DNA of 64,000 nucleotides from Gracilinanus agilis (Eukaryota), in the NCBI RefSeq assembly GCF_016433145.1, contig NC_058133.1, forward strand, positions 518,178,263 through 518,242,262. Reading direction: 5' to 3'. This document shows positions 37,571 to 51,465 of this stretch, one piece after another. Position 1 is the first letter of the stretch; each line of letters begins with the position of its first letter. The translations under genes were made by a program, and so were the position numbers. Under the pieces are notes generated by a model. It did not search any database. It had not been told where the DNA came from and saw nothing but the letters and a program-made list of their open reading frames with translations.

Positions 37571-40358
37571 TTCAGGCTCCACGAGGGGGCCTTGCTTTAT
37601 TTAAAAATTGCATCTCTAAGAGCTAAGTGTTGTAGACTGTACACAGCAGACTCAATTCACTTAGGGGCTTGAATTCAACAATCTTACTTAAGTTCACAAA
37701 AATATGAATTGTATAGAGCATAGGTTTTTATCCCACTTTCATTGATGAGGAAATCTAAACTAAAAGAAGGGATAGCTTGCCCAAGGCCACACATATGGTA
37801 AGTGCCAAAGCTCAGATTAAAACCCAGGTCTTCTGACTCCCAGCCCAGCGTTCCCTTGCCTTCCCTATGTCACCCCCTATTTGTGTCTTAAAACATCGAA
37901 GTGGAAAATCTGCTCAATTCTGGAAGAAAAACATTACCTATGTCTAACCCTCCTCTGCAGCCCTCTAGCAAAGACTGGACACCTGATCCCCATTTTAGCA
38001 GGATTAAAGTTTTAGCAAAAGGCTGACTGAGCTGTTAACCACTGAAGAACCAAAGCTAATTGCATGTTATTCCTTTCCTCCATCCCACTTCCTCCTGAGG
38101 TCAGTTCAAATACCATCTTCTACAGAGGGCCTTTCTTAGCTCTCCCAGTAGCTGGTAACCATGCACCCCAACCTCTTCCCCCATACACACATAAAACTTA
38201 CTTTGTATATGCATATATACATGTATTATTAAACTTTCTATTTATATGTTGTGTCCCGCAATAAAGCACCTTAGAGGCAAAGTCTTTCCTTCTTCCCTTT
38301 ATATCCTTAGCACCTGACACACTAGAGTTTCCTAATAATTATTGTTGAATGAATAAATAAATGAAGGTAGAAAATAGTTTTTATGTCCTTGTGTGACTAT
38401 CTAACTCCCCCTTAGTGGGGTTGGGAAAATTGAGTTTAATTTCATGGGTGAAAATCCTTTTGCAAAGTCCAGGTACACATTCATTCCTCTTCTTTGCTGA
38501 AAGGCATAGGAGGACTCACTGTTCCAAGAGCACCGCAGGAGCCCAGCCATCAGTGATTTTTCAGCCATATCTGTTCTGGGTACACTTCCCTTTTGATGCC
38601 ATGGTCATGGGAACATAGGGTCATAGATTTGGGGATAGTAGAGACTCAGAGATCACCCAATTCGATTCCTTCATTTTACAGATAAGCAAACTCAGGGCTA
38701 CCAAAGAGAAAGGAGCTGTCCAAGGTCACACGGTTCATAAGTATCAAAGTTCTCTGATGCCAAATCTAGCCATTCTTCCCATTATACCATATGGATCCCC
38801 TCATGTGACCAAACTTATAATAGATTGGGTAACCTCCTAATTTGTTTTTTCATGAGAAAGAACCTGGATAGAATTATCGTCCTTGGTCATTTGCACAGGG
38901 CATGCCCTCTGGAAGGGCAGTGGTATGTAGGAGATACAATTACAGATCATACAATTACTTCCAGATCTAATCTCCTTCACAAGTAAGGTGTGCCCTTGTG
39001 GATGGCTGCTCTCTATTTTAATGATTCTGAGTATGGCATTGGGGAAAAGACCATAGATTCAGCACTCTCGGTGTCTGTTCCCAGTCCTGTCATTAATTTT
39101 CTGTGTGACTTCAGGTAGGTCTTTCTGGCCAGATTTTCCTTACTAAAATTAGTGGGCTAGAGTAGATAACATGCAAAGTTCTTTCCATCTCCTGCAGTCT
39201 ATTTGGACTGACTTTCTGACCTAGTCCCCACATTCTAGGGGTACCCTTGTTCAGGGTCTCCTCGGTCTCCAAGGCCCTGACGCCCAAACACTTTCTGTGT
39301 AACTATCCCAGGTACTCAGGATAGAGCTATAACCCTTGACTACAGAGATTCAGTCCTCTGCCTGCCTCTGCCTTTGTCTTTCCACAAATAGCCTTGTGAG
39401 GTCTCCTGGGTCCCTCCATCATCACGGCTGTCACACCAGCTCAGGCTGATGGAGTGAAGACCAACTGGAGACCTGATAATGGCCTCCCCTGCATCCGGGT
39501 GGAATGCGTCTCCCTCCTGTCTGTTAGGATTACATCTCATTTTTAAGAGCAGGCCAAGAGAAGCAGGCTGATCTTATTTCTAACTGCACAAAGGCTGAAG
39601 CCCCAGTGCCAAGGCCCTGAGACATGGTTCACGTCCTGTCCTCAGGAAGTGACTCTCATAATAGGGAATTGGGGACTCCAAGGAAAGATGGTCATGACCC
39701 CATCCCTATTGAGCCCTTGCATGAAAAGGTAAAGATAACATTTATATTTGAAAGATAATGGAGTCCAAACCTGGGTCATGACAGTGGAGAAGGTTTGAGA
39801 AGCTGAGAAATGGGACCATTATAAAACTGCATTAACATAGGAATCCTTCAGCCAACTCACACACAAAAGGGAGACAGAGGCAAGATGGCCCAAAAAATCT
39901 TCACTGGTGATTCAAGGTATGACTTCATAGAGCAGCTGACAATTCAACTCACTCTCTCCTTAGCTCTCAGTGTTTCTAATACAGAATGTTCCCTCCCTCG
40001 TTCCCTCTTTTCTGCTCCCAACTCCAGTCACTGATTATGTTCAGGTAGAGATGAAAAGTGGGCTCAAGAAAGTCTTTATGAATGAGAGGATTCCTGAGCA
40101 GAGCTTTAACAAAGAATTCTTAGACTTTTCTATAAGAAGGTAGCATCAACTAAAGAGATTTTCCTTAATCATAGGCCTGACTACATCACTTCTCTCCTCA
40201 ATAAACTCCCATGGATCCTTATAATCTTGAGAATCTAGTACAAAACCATTTCTTGGGCATTTAAAGCTCTTTCTAACCTGGACCTTTCCTACCTTTCCAG
40301 AATTCTGATATATTACTCTCCACCACACACTTTATAATGTTGATACCTAAAATGTTTA

Positions 40359-40604
40359 GTTATTTTTCATTTGTGTCCAACTCTTTGTGACCCTGTTTGG
40401 GGTTTTCTTAGCATAGATACTAGAGTGGTTTGCCATTTGCTTCTTCAACTCATTTTACAGATTGAAATACTGAAGCAAACAGGGTTTAGTATCTTGCCCA
40501 GGGTCACATAACTTGTAAGTACCTGGGGCTAGATTTGAACTCAGGAGGAAGAGTCTTCCTGACTACAGATCTGGTACTCTACCCTCTCTGCCACCTAGCT
40601 GCCC
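40359..40604 (-). mobile_element. CORE-SINE with RTE tail (MAR1-like)
   Basis: Reverse complement of gggcagctaggtggc...aaatggcaaaccactc...gtcacaaagagttggacac. Confidence 0.8.
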
Positions 40605-41129
40605 AATACCTAAACTAGGGACAGACTAAGCAAAATATTCATCTCTAATAAACATTAAAACAAAAATATTAAATACAATATAATTAATTTAATTTAAACT
40701 TTAAAAAGCAAAGAAATTTGAAAAATAAACTAAAAAAATCATATACTATAACAAGATCAGATGCATACCAGGAAGAGAGGGTTTGTTCATTATTAGGAAA
40801 ACTATTGATATAATTCTCCATTTTAATAACAAAAGCAATAAAAGTACATAATTATATCAATGGATGTGAGGGGGGAAGGTATTTTTAACCAAATACAACA
40901 CTTATATTTTAAAAAATTTAACTTCCCAGCTGTGTGACCCCCATTGCCCACCCTTACCACTCTTCCACCTATAAGTCAATACACAGAAGTTAAGGGTTTA
41001 AAAAAAAAATTTAAGCACAGGAAAAACTAGGCCTTTCCTTAATATAATAAATCTTCTCTATCTAAATCCAAAATCTAACATTACCTGGCATGGAAAAATA
41101 GAAGAGGCCTTTCCAGGAAGGTCAGTGTG

Positions 41130-41690
41130 TAAAGTCAATTAGTTAATAAGCATTAATACACACGTAATCAGGCACCAGTTGCTATGCTAAGTCCTGGGGA
41201 GAAAATTAAAGGCAAAAAATTCTTCCCTGATTTTGAGGAGCTCACATTCTACGGGACAGGCAAAATGTACATAGCTTGGTACATACCATATTTATATATA
41301 TACACGCACTTATGAATATATATGATGAATGAATATTATATATATATGCATATATATACACATATAAAATGAATCTAGGATATAATTGTACTCAGGCAGG
41401 GCCTAGTAGCTGGAGTGTCAGGAGAAAGGAGGGAGATGGAGAAAGGCCTTCTGCAGAATGTAGGATTTGAGCTAATTCTCAGATTAATCCAGAGAAGCAA
41501 AGAGGCAGAAATGAGGAGGGGAATATTCCAGTAATGGAGAAAACTCAACACAAAGTTCAGAAATAGAAATCTGAGTATCTTGTCTGAGAGGCCAGCTAGC
41601 AAGAACGAAGACTATGTGGAGGGTAGTGATAGGTAATAAGCCTGGAAAGGAAGGAAGGGGTCAGTTTATGAAGGGCTCTAAAAGTCAAGT
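41130..41690 (-). mobile_element. L2 LINE fragment
   Basis: taataagcattaatacacacg...tatgctaagtcctgggga...ggagctcacattct. Confidence 0.6.
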
Positions 41691-42194
41691 TGACATACCG
41701 CTAAAATTCCCTCTGCTCTCGCGTGGTGGCTAGCAATGCCTGCATTGAGATAAGAGCTCTAGAAGCCTTGACAAGCTTGATCTATGTACCTGATTGAGCC
41801 CAAGCTCCCAAAACTGGCTGGGCTCATCTGTAGTCAAACTCCTGTAGTCTGCTATTGTGGAAAGAGAAGCCAGAAGAGCAGGTCAAATGCTGGATCCACC
41901 CCTTAAGAGATGCTTAACAATTGGCTGAGAAGGTAGCATGGTCCAGTGTGATGTGCAGTGCCTCTGGAGGCAGATGACCTGGATTCAAATCCCACTTCTG
42001 CTATGCAATGCCTTGCATGACTTAGCCAAGGCTCCCCTAAGCTAAGGACAAACCTGGACAGTCATTGGACCATTCTTCATTCCGGCCCATCCTTTCATCT
42101 CCCTTCAAAATGCAACATATAAAGAAAAATTGGGCCCAAAGAAAATGAGCTCTCTCGTGTGCAAGTGAGTTTTTTTTTTCTTGAGCATAACTTG

Positions 42195-42219
42195 GTATAT
42201 GTGCTGCCAAAGCGAGCAC
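42195..42219 (-). pseudogene. U6 snRNA 5' fragment (25 nt), truncated retrocopy
   Basis: Minus strand reads gtgctcgctttggcagcacatatac, versus U6 GTGCTCGCTTCGGCAGCACATATAC (24/25). Confidence 0.75.
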
Positions 42220-42904
42220 TCGAGCATGACTTGGGGGGTCATTTGACTGAGATGTTGGAAAGAGGATTCCAGTTCAAGTAGAGTTGAGATTCCTTTGAAG
42301 CAAGTCTTCAAACGCTATGTGGCCTACTGAGCCAATGGGAGAGAGGGAGAGGAGGAAGAGCACAAGAACATACGATCCTCAACTTCAGAGGACGATGTTT
42401 TGAAAGGCATGAAGAGCCATTACAGAATCCTACCCAACCGTAAGGGACAAAGAAAGACTTCTATCAAAACAACAACAACAAGAACAACAAACTCTAGCAA
42501 TTCTATTTATAATTATAGATCAGCTCAAAGTTTGTTTTATAAAAATATATGTATGTGTGTATATAAAAAGTGTCTTATCTTACATGTTACACTGTTCTAC
42601 TCTGTGGGTCTTTGACTATTTGTGGCTCTCTAAGAAGTGACTATAGGCTTTGACAAGAATTTCTTTGGATTGTGTTTGGCACCTCCTTCCTATGGATTCT
42701 AAAGCAATTTCAACCTATCAAATGGCACCCAATGTAGCACCCAAGTGTCCAAGATCCCTCTTACCTATAGCCCGGTGATACATGAGGCAGATCCTCCCAA
42801 GGTGCGGAAGGAGGTAATACTCTCAATATTACAGTCAGGTCAAGTCATTGAATATGTGCATAGAAGGCTTGCTTGCTCATTGTGAAAGTAACCCCAAGCT
42901 AGCC

Positions 42905-43620
42905 GGGCTAGCTAATGTGAATGACAAACTAATTCCAAGAAGATCTCGGTAGGCTGGGGTGTTGGGCTGAAACTGACACAGAGAAATTTAATAGGAATTA
43001 ATGTAAAATTTTACATTTGGGCTCAAATAATCAGTTTCACTTTTAGAAGATGGCAAAGGTAAGAGTGAATACAAGTTTCTAAAAAAAAATCAAGAGGATC
43101 AAGTAAACTGGCAGATTAATAAGAACCTACAGTATGAGATGGGGCCCCAACAAAGGTACCAGAATATCTATAGGATCTCTGAATTGACTGCAGAAGAGAA
43201 GCTGAATTTCAAGAATAACAAAGGGGAAAAGCCATATTTGGAATATCATGTGAGGTTCTAGGTACCAAGTTTAGGAAAGATATTGGAAAGCTGGAAAGTG
43301 TCCAACTAGCATGGCATAGGTTCTTTCCTAAATAAGGACTAGATAGAAGAAGTAGCCATATTTTGAATGGAGAAGAGATGTGACTAGGAAAGGGGAGCTA
43401 TCCCCAAGTCCCTTATGGACTGTTCTATGAAAGAAAGATTAGACATCCTTGGTTTGGGCCTAAAAGAATAGAAACCACCCAACAGCAATGAGTAGAAAAT
43501 GGAATGAGGAAAATTTAATCAGAATGTCAAGAAAAAATTTCCTAAGAATTCGAAATGAGTTTTCTTGGGAGATAGTATAGAGTGGGGATTGTTCTTTGTC
43601 AAAGGTCTTTAAGCAGAAGT
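42905..43620 (+). mobile_element. CR1/L3 ORF2 3' fragment
   Basis: atgacaaactaattccaagaagatctcggtaggctgg...gagaaatttaataggaattaatgtaaaattttac continuing to a CR1 3' end. Confidence 0.7.
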
Positions 43621-43629
43621 TGCCCCTCA

Positions 43630-44280
43630 ATCAATCAATAAACACTTTTATGCACCTGTTATGTGCCAGGTACCACGCTAATTACTGAGGGTACAAAAAG
43701 AGGCAAAAGGCAATCCCTGCCCTCAAAAATCTTATAGCCTATCAGAGGAGACAACATGCAAACAAATACATTTAAAGCAAGCAATGTACAGAATGAGTGG
43801 GAAATCAAGACTGAAGGCACTGGAATTAAAAGGAGTTAGCAAATGCTTCCTGGAAAAGATGAGAGTTTAACTAAGATTTAAAAGAAAACGGGGAAATAGA
43901 AATGGAGGAGGGAAAGTATTGTAGCACAGAGGCCAGTATGAGAAAATGCACAGAGCAGAGAGATGGTATGTCTTGTTTGTAGAACAACCAGCAGGTCACT
44001 GTCACTGTATGATGAGTATATGTCAGGCAGTAAGATGTAAGAGGACTGGAAAGAAAGCACAGGGTAAGTGATAATGTGCTTTGAGAGCCATACAGAGTAT
44101 TTTGTATTTGATTCTGGAGGTAATAGAGAGTCACTGAAGTTTACTGAGTAGGGTAGGATTGGTTCTAAGCTTTAGAAAAATCATTTTAGTGGCTGAATAG
44201 AACTCCAAAGTCTGAGAGGGGGAAAGATGAGTTGTTATTGCGATAATCTAAGCATGAGGTGACGGGAGGTGGGGCACAGG
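43630..44280 (-). mobile_element. L2 LINE 3' fragment
   Basis: caatcaatcaataaacacttttatgcacctgttatgtgccaggtaccacgcta... Confidence 0.75.
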
Positions 44281-45802
44281 TGACATTAGGTAGTCTCTGA
44301 GATTCTTTATCTTGGCATGCAAAAATTCGCCCATGGCTAGTGTGGATTTCTGTATAGAAGAAAAGTCAGAGATGGTGGCTAAGAATCAATTTCATAATAA
44401 ATTGTTCATAATAAATAAATGTCTTTCTTCTTCAAGTAAAGCAAATTTGGAGGAGAACAGCACAACCATTGCTAGGAAAGAAAGTTTACTGAACTTGCTG
44501 GGTAAAGGGCATGTGGTGTCAAGTGAATGAATGAGAGAGGATTACATGGGGATTAAACAGTCTGCTCGGCACCACCAGGCAGATCTATTAGGCCTCCAAT
44601 GGATTGGTGCACAGCCTGGAGTTCAGCACACAGACACCAGGGAGTAAGAGAGCAAGGTAGAGCCTGATGGATTAATGGGGTGCTGGCAGGCAAAGATAGA
44701 TACATCTCTTCTTTTCTAGATTTTTACTAAACTAAAAGAGCAAAAGAGGTGTGTGGTCAAACCTACATTCTTCAAGGTATCCAGAAGCACTACGGGCTGG
44801 AAAATGGAAAGAATCTGGACTAAAAGGTTCTGAGTTCAATCATCACTGTTCCATGCGCTTCCTTTGTTTCCTTGAGCAAATAATTTCTCCTCTCTGGGCC
44901 TCAGTTTTCTTCTTTGTAAAATGAGGTCACTGGATTAGATGACCTCAGGTCCCTCTGTTCAACCATGGAGTCTCTCATGATTTTATTTTGGGCTCCACAC
45001 CCAAAGGGCACTGGCATATGGCACAACTTAGCCCTGCTGGCAATGACAGTGGATGATTCTTGCTCTGACCTGAAATGTCACAGGAAAATCCATCAAATGG
45101 AACACAGCAATGTGGCCCATCAATAATAAGTCTCATGGTCACTCAACTCTTCAGAAATGTCAGTCTCCTCAACTGTTTACCTTCGCTTCAGACTCAGCTG
45201 AATTCCAGGCTGCAGCTTAATGTAAATTAAAAAAATAAAAGTCAATGTAAAGATGCCAGCTTAGTTTACAGTGTGAGAAGAGTGAAAGCTGGTGGCGTGG
45301 GAAGATCTCCCACACCTGCAGGGAGAAATGTGGACATGGCATCAGCAGAGGGGCTGGTAGGAACTTTTCCTTAGAAATTGGGGTTAACCAGCTAAAAAAT
45401 GGCCTTTGTACAAACCTCCAGCTATTTGGTAAGCATGTGTGTACATGTGTACATGTGTGAATATTTGTGCTTGTTCATGTATGTGTGCACATGCAAAAAG
45501 TGTGGATTTGGATTTGTACCTGTGTGAACAATAACAGGCTCACACTTGTTAGGGGCATTCTTGATAAATCCTTTAGGTATTTTCATCCACAGTGTGATGT
45601 TAGTAGGCTGTTGAATGATAACCAGTAAGTCCTACTCTCATACATCAGTGACATGGAAGAAGGGGTAAGATGGCATTTCTTTAGGATTACAACCTTTCCA
45701 GGACACAAACAGGAAAGAACTGAGTGGGTGAGGGGTCAGAGAAATGATGATAGAAATGACGATAAACGCTGTAAGGACACCATTAATGACGATCAACTAA
45801 AG

Positions 45803-45995
45803 CAGTGGTTCCCAAACTTTTTTGGCCTCCCACCCCCTTTTCAGAAAAAAATATTACTTAGCCCCCTGGAAATTAATTTTTTTAAATTTTAATAGCAATT
45901 AATAGGAAAGATAAATGCCCCCGTGGCCATCACTGGCCCCCTGGATCACTGCAGCACCCACCAGGGGGTGGTGGCGCCCACTTTGGGAATCACTG
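45803..45995 (-). mobile_element. hAT (Charlie-like) MITE, family A copy 3 (inverted)
   Basis: Reverse complement of copies 1 and 2; perfect 8-bp TSD aactaaag. Confidence 0.92.
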
Positions 45996-46028
45996 AACTA
46001 AAGGAACAAAAGGTATTTAAATTGAGAG

Positions 46029-46270
46029 GACAGCTAGGTGGCACAGTGGAAAGAGTGGCAGACCTAAAGTCAGGAAGACTCTTCTTTCTGACTTCAAATC
46101 TAGCCTCTGGCACTACCTGGACAAGTCATTTAACCCTGTTTGGATTAACTTTTTCATCTCTAAAGTGATCTAGAGAAGGAAATGACAAACCACTCCAGCA
46201 TCTTTGCCAAGAAAATCCCAAATAGGGTTATAAAGTCAGACACAACTGAAAATGACTCTTCACCAACAAC
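46029..46270 (+). mobile_element. CORE-SINE with RTE tail (MAR1-like)
   Basis: ggacagctaggtggcacagtgg...gaaggaaatgacaaaccactccagcatctttgccaagaaaa...caacaac. Confidence 0.82.
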
Positions 46271-46279
46271 TTGGAGAAC

Positions 46280-46580
46280 AGAAGACACTAGGACCATTGT
46301 AGATGTGTTCAAGCAATTGGAGGGCTAGCTCTTAGAAGGGTGACACCTGTTCTCTGGGGTCCCTGAGGGCAAAACACTGAAAGCTGCAAAAAGGTAAATT
46401 GAAGCTCTGGATTTCAGGAAGAACTTCTTAATGAGAATAGTCCCAAAGAGGATGAAGCTGCCTGATTAGGTGCTGGGCTCCCCTTCACTGGAGATCTTCA
46501 AGTAGAGCCTTGGATAGCCCCTTGTCAGTATTGCCTTAAAGGAGTTTTTCATTCAGAGATGGCTTAGATTGGATGGCCAC
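46280..46580 (+). mobile_element. CR1/L3 3' end fragment
   Basis: tgggctccccttcactggagatcttcaagtagagccttggatagccccttgtc. Confidence 0.65.
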
Positions 46581-49500
46581 TGCATTTGGAATCCTATACT
46601 TCTTTGCTTTTTCCATTCCTTGCCACCATAACAACACTTTGGCCTCATATTCTCTTGTCTGGGGGGTCTTAGCCAAGACTCTCCAGACTCTCTATGCTCA
46701 TGTGGTGAGGGAGGGAGGAGTTGAACTCAGTGCCCGCCAGTTCTCCTCCATCTCTGAGGCTCTACAACTGATTTCTTGGCTGAGGACTTCTTGGTCACTA
46801 GTGCTACTGAGCCAAGTGGAGAGAGTAGTATTGCCAACTGAGAGTTATATCAGCCTCTGCTGGAATGCTCCTTCCTGAATGACTTTTAGAGCATTTTCTA
46901 TGGCTGCTTGCCACTCTACATGCAGAACTAACCTCTCTCATCAGCCACAGAAGGAAACCAGCCTGGCAGGGCACTTTTCACCTGGCGGTCTGGTGTGTGG
47001 TTTCTGTTTCACCATTGAGCTCCTTCCCAGGATCACTGATTGGACTCATACAAAGTTTACTTAAGGCAATCTGGCTTCCCAATTATAGAGCCTTCAGTAA
47101 TCTCTCTTGGCACGGGGGTACTCCTTGGGTTCAAGCCAATGCACGCAATGGGCCAGTTCCTCCTGCTGCCTCTCTGCAAATCCTCAGCTAATTTCTAGCA
47201 CAATGAGGGGGTTTCAGAGGTGAAGGCCCTTCACCAGCCAAGATAAACAAGCTGACTAATGGCAGAAAAGCTGGCAGGTGGGGGGCCAAGGAAGGAGGAT
47301 TAAAATTTCTGCAATACTATTGCACACTTGGGGAATTCAGAAAATTAGACCAATGCATTCTCCAAGGAGGCTACTTAGGAAGAGATTTATTTTTGCTCAT
47401 TAATGATAAAAAGGATGAATTCATTCCAAGCTCCATATATATCAGTTTCTATTGTTATGTGGAATCAAAGATAAGCTCATCATTTAAAGCACTGTTTTGG
47501 GATTTTTCATGTCAACCATTTTAATGTAATCTACTCAAAGACTTTAGATTTGAGTCTTGTCTCTGCCATTTACTACCACTGAATAAAGGACCTGGGGAAG
47601 ATTAGTTTGGTGAAGAGAAGATGTAAAGGAGAGATGGTCATGTTCGAGAACGTATTATAGTATAAGGAAATGAATGCTATATCATAGAAGCTTGGATATT
47701 GTGTGACTCAGCTTTGCCATTGTGTGACCTTAGGTAGACCATTAAGCCTGTCTAGGACTCAATTTCCTCACCTATAAAATGAGAGGATTTCATTAGGGGT
47801 ATCTCTAAGATCTCTTCCAGCTCTAAATTGGAATTCTAACTATAATAAACTGCTAATGAGCTCAGTCTTTATGAGCATGTAAAGCATGCTCAGCTGATGC
47901 AATTCTGACTTGGACCATTATGTAACTGGTTTCAGGCATACCTCTAGAATCCTACCTGCACAACACCAGCTTTGCACTTGAAAATGAGGCTACATGGGAA
48001 ATATTTGAAGGTCTGTTATAGAGCAGAGCAATTATTATTCTGTTTGGACTTAGATTGCATATCTAGGAATGAAGGGTTGAAGATGTAAAGAAACATTAAG
48101 AATTTGAGCTTTCCCAAAGGGATGGACTTCTGCTATATCCTTTGTTGTACCTGAACTAAGTAAGTCCTAAGAAGCTCTTCTATGTGGTTTAAGTTAATTA
48201 ATGACAATATTCTGTCCATCACCTTATTTAACAACCATTTAAGTATCTACTATGTGCCAGGTACTGTGTTAAGAGATGGAGATGCAATGACAAAAATGAA
48301 ACAGTTTCCATGTTCAAGAAGATGAATATCTATTGGACAATAATGGTGGCAATATGGCACAAAAAGGGGAGCAGCATACATACTCATGAAATGATAAAAA
48401 GACTCACTTCTCAAAGCTTGGTTATGTCAATAAATCAGCTTTATTGGGGGATGGAGCTATGATAACAAGAGAAAACAACCTAGTCGAAGTCTTCCAGCAT
48501 TCCCCTCCAAACAACTTTAAAGTAACTCTTCAAGTCATTTTAGTGGTATAGTGAACAAAAGGTCAAAGTGAGAAACTTTCCCAGCCCAAGACCACTCAGT
48601 AGGTCAGAAGAAGATGTCTGTGACACTTACCATGGAATCTATCCCAGAGCACACAGTAGGGCAGCACCAGTGGTGGGCCTTGGAACCAGCGGCAATAGTG
48701 GCAGCAACAGCAGCCATTTCAAGAGTTCTTAGCCCAGAGATAGTAAGGAGTTTTGACAACTGGTTAGAAAGAGATTACAAGGGACCTTATAATGCAAAAG
48801 GGGTGTTGGTGGTGCTAATTGGCAACTTATTGCATATACAAAATTGTGGGTCAGAGTTTCAGAATACAGAGGAGTGTTATGGCCCTTCCCTAGGGAGCAG
48901 AAGCCCTGTTCTCATTTCTAGGGTACAGGAGTATGCTAGTACTTGTGGCTATAGGTGCAGGGACCTTTCATAGTTAAAGACCAGAGAACAAATCAGGTGA
49001 TCACACCTCTCCCAGATCATACCACCTTAAAGCACCCCAAACTTGCAGACCCCCAGAACTAGCATGGAAAAAATAAAAAAGCATGAAGCTTGAAACAGTG
49101 TCTCTCCATTCAAGGGGAGCAGAGTCCTTACATAAAGTTGTTATGTTATATGAAATAAACTTGACTTCAAAGTCAAGAAAATGAATAGAAAAATGAGCAA
49201 AAGACAAAAAAGGAACTTGAAAATAAAAAGCTACAGAAGACCAAGACATAACAAACTCAGAAGACAACAACATTGTAAAAACAGTTACAAGTGAAGCCTT
49301 AAAGAAAACATACCAATTGGACCCAAGATCAACAAGAATTCCTAGAAAAATTAAAGAATGAGATAAGAGAAGCAGAAGAAAAATTGGGAAAAGAAATGTG
49401 AGTGATGTAAGAAGATGGGGAAAAAAGAATTAACAGATAACAACAACAAAATACTGAAGAAAACAACATCTTAAAAAACAGAATTGATCTAATGGTAAAA

Positions 49501-50672
49501 TAGCCACAAAAATAACCAAAGAAAAGAACCTTTTAAAAAACAGAATGGGACAAATGGAAAATGAAGTGCAAAAATATCATGAAGAAAAGAATTCCATAAA
49601 AAGCAGGACTGACTAAATGGAAAAAGAGATACAAAAGCTCACTGAAGAAAATAATGCCACAAAAATCAGAATCAGGCAAGTGGAACCTAGTGACTCTATG
49701 AAACATCAAGCAACAATAAAACAAAGTCAAAAGAATGAAAAAGAAGAACATATCAAATAATTCATCAGAAAAACAACTGACCTACAAAATGGATGGAGAG
49801 GCATATATTAAGAATTATTGAACTACCTAAAATCCATGAACAAAAAAATAGCCTGAATGACATTTCAAGAAATTGTAATTGGCAATGCCCCTGATATCTT
49901 AGATACAAAGGGAAAAACAGAAATCAAAAGAATCTATCACCTCATGAGACCCCCAAAATGAAAATTCCCAAAAATAATATAGTCAATTCCAGAGCTCCCA
50001 GGTCAAAAAGAAAATACTGCAAACAGCCAGAAAGAAATGATCCAAAAACCATGTATAATCAGAATCAATCAAGAATTAGCAGTTTCCAAGTTAAAGAAAC
50101 AGGGGGCTAGGAATATGAAATTTTGTATGGCAAAGGAGCTAGAATTACAACTAAGAACAGCCTACCCAGCAAAACTGAGTATAATCTTTCAGGTGGAAAA
50201 ATGTATATGTAATGAAATAGAGGACTTTCATGAATTCCTGATGAAAATACCAGAGGTGAAAGAAAATATAACCTTCAAAAATAAGACTCAACAGAGGCAT
50301 TAAAAGGTAGATAGGAAAGAAAAATCATGAGGGACTCAAGAATATTAAATTAATTACATTCCTACATAGAAAGATCATTCATATAACTCCTAAGAACTTT
50401 ATCATTATAAGGGAAATTAAAAGGACTCTACACAGACAAAGGGCACAGGAGTGAGTCAATTATGTTTAAATGGTCTCAAAAAAATGGATAAGCGAGAAAG
50501 AGAGGCACTGGGAGAAGAAGAAAGGAAGAGAAATAATGAGGAAAATTATCTCACGTAAAAGAGGCACATAAGGAATAACTTTTATAGTGGATGGAAAATA
50601 GGAGGGGGTAGAGGGAAATGCTTAAACTTCACTCTCATTAGAATTGGTTCAAAGAGGGAAGTGTATATATAT

Positions 50673-50951
50673 TGAAAGGGAGGAATTTGAGTAAAAATGT
50701 GAAGGGCCAGAGTGTGGATACAGAAGTATGGTGCATGCAGAAAACAGAATGTGTAAGAGGAAAGCTCAGAACTCTCAGGAGGGGTTCTGACGTGCTGAAC
50801 TGGCAGTTGAGGAGAAAGTGTGGAGACTGTGGAGAAGTACACAGTTGCTGAGTGGAGCTCTCTCCTGATCCAGTGTGAGATCTACCCAAATTGCCTACTT
50901 TTGTATTCCTGTGTTCCTGATTGATAACAGACATCTTATTAACATCTTACA
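50673..50951. mobile_element. Probable solo LTR (279 bp) inserted in the L1 TA tract
   Basis: Begins TG(aaaggg), ends (tta)CA, is flanked by atatat on both sides, and interrupts otherwise continuous L1 inter-ORF sequence. Confidence 0.55.
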
Positions 50952-51206
50952 ATATATATATATATATACACACACACTCACACACAGAGAATTGGATACA
51001 GAACTCCATCTTACCCAAAAGAAAAATACAAGGAGAAGGGAGGAGGGGAATAAGAAATATGGAGGAGGGGGATCTTAAAAGGGAGAATTTTTATCAAAGG
51101 AGGCAATGATCGGAAACAAAACAGACTTTTGAGGGACAGGATAAAAACAGAAAGGAGTATAAACAGAAAAAAATAGGATGGACATAATTACATAGCCAAT
51201 AATTAC

Positions 51207-51465
51207 AAAGTAAGGTGGTGCAATGGACAAAGGGAGGGGCCTGAAATCAGGAAAATTCATCTTCTTGAGTTCAAATCTGGCCTCAGATATGTATTAGCTT
51301 TATCAGCCTGGGTAAGTCAATTAATCCTATTGGCCTCTGTTTCCTTATCTGTAAAATGACCTGGAGAAGGAAATGGCAAACATCCCAATATTTTTGCCAA
51401 AAAATCCCAAATCAGGTCACCAAGAGTCAGACATGACTGAAAATGACTGAACAGAAACAACAAAA
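51207..51465 (+). mobile_element. RTE-tailed CORE-SINE nested in the L1
   Basis: gtaaggtggtgcaatggac...ctggagaaggaaatggcaaac...gtcaccaagagtcagacatgactgaa. Confidence 0.8.

Noticed and set aside
39340-39540. ORF MRCNPNRQEGD... considered as a degenerate AHR exon 2 (SNPSKRHRD)
   Set aside because: Similarity is limited to a few residues, there is no LDKLS or LRLSV motif, and the nucleotide sequence does not resemble AHR exon 2.
42760-42850. Exon-like segment with an AG|gtaaga donor
   Set aside because: The longest stop-free reading ends in phase 2, incompatible with exon 3, and it has no AHR similarity.
48614-48973. 119-aa plus-strand ORF
   Set aside because: It lies in the L1 5'UTR region.
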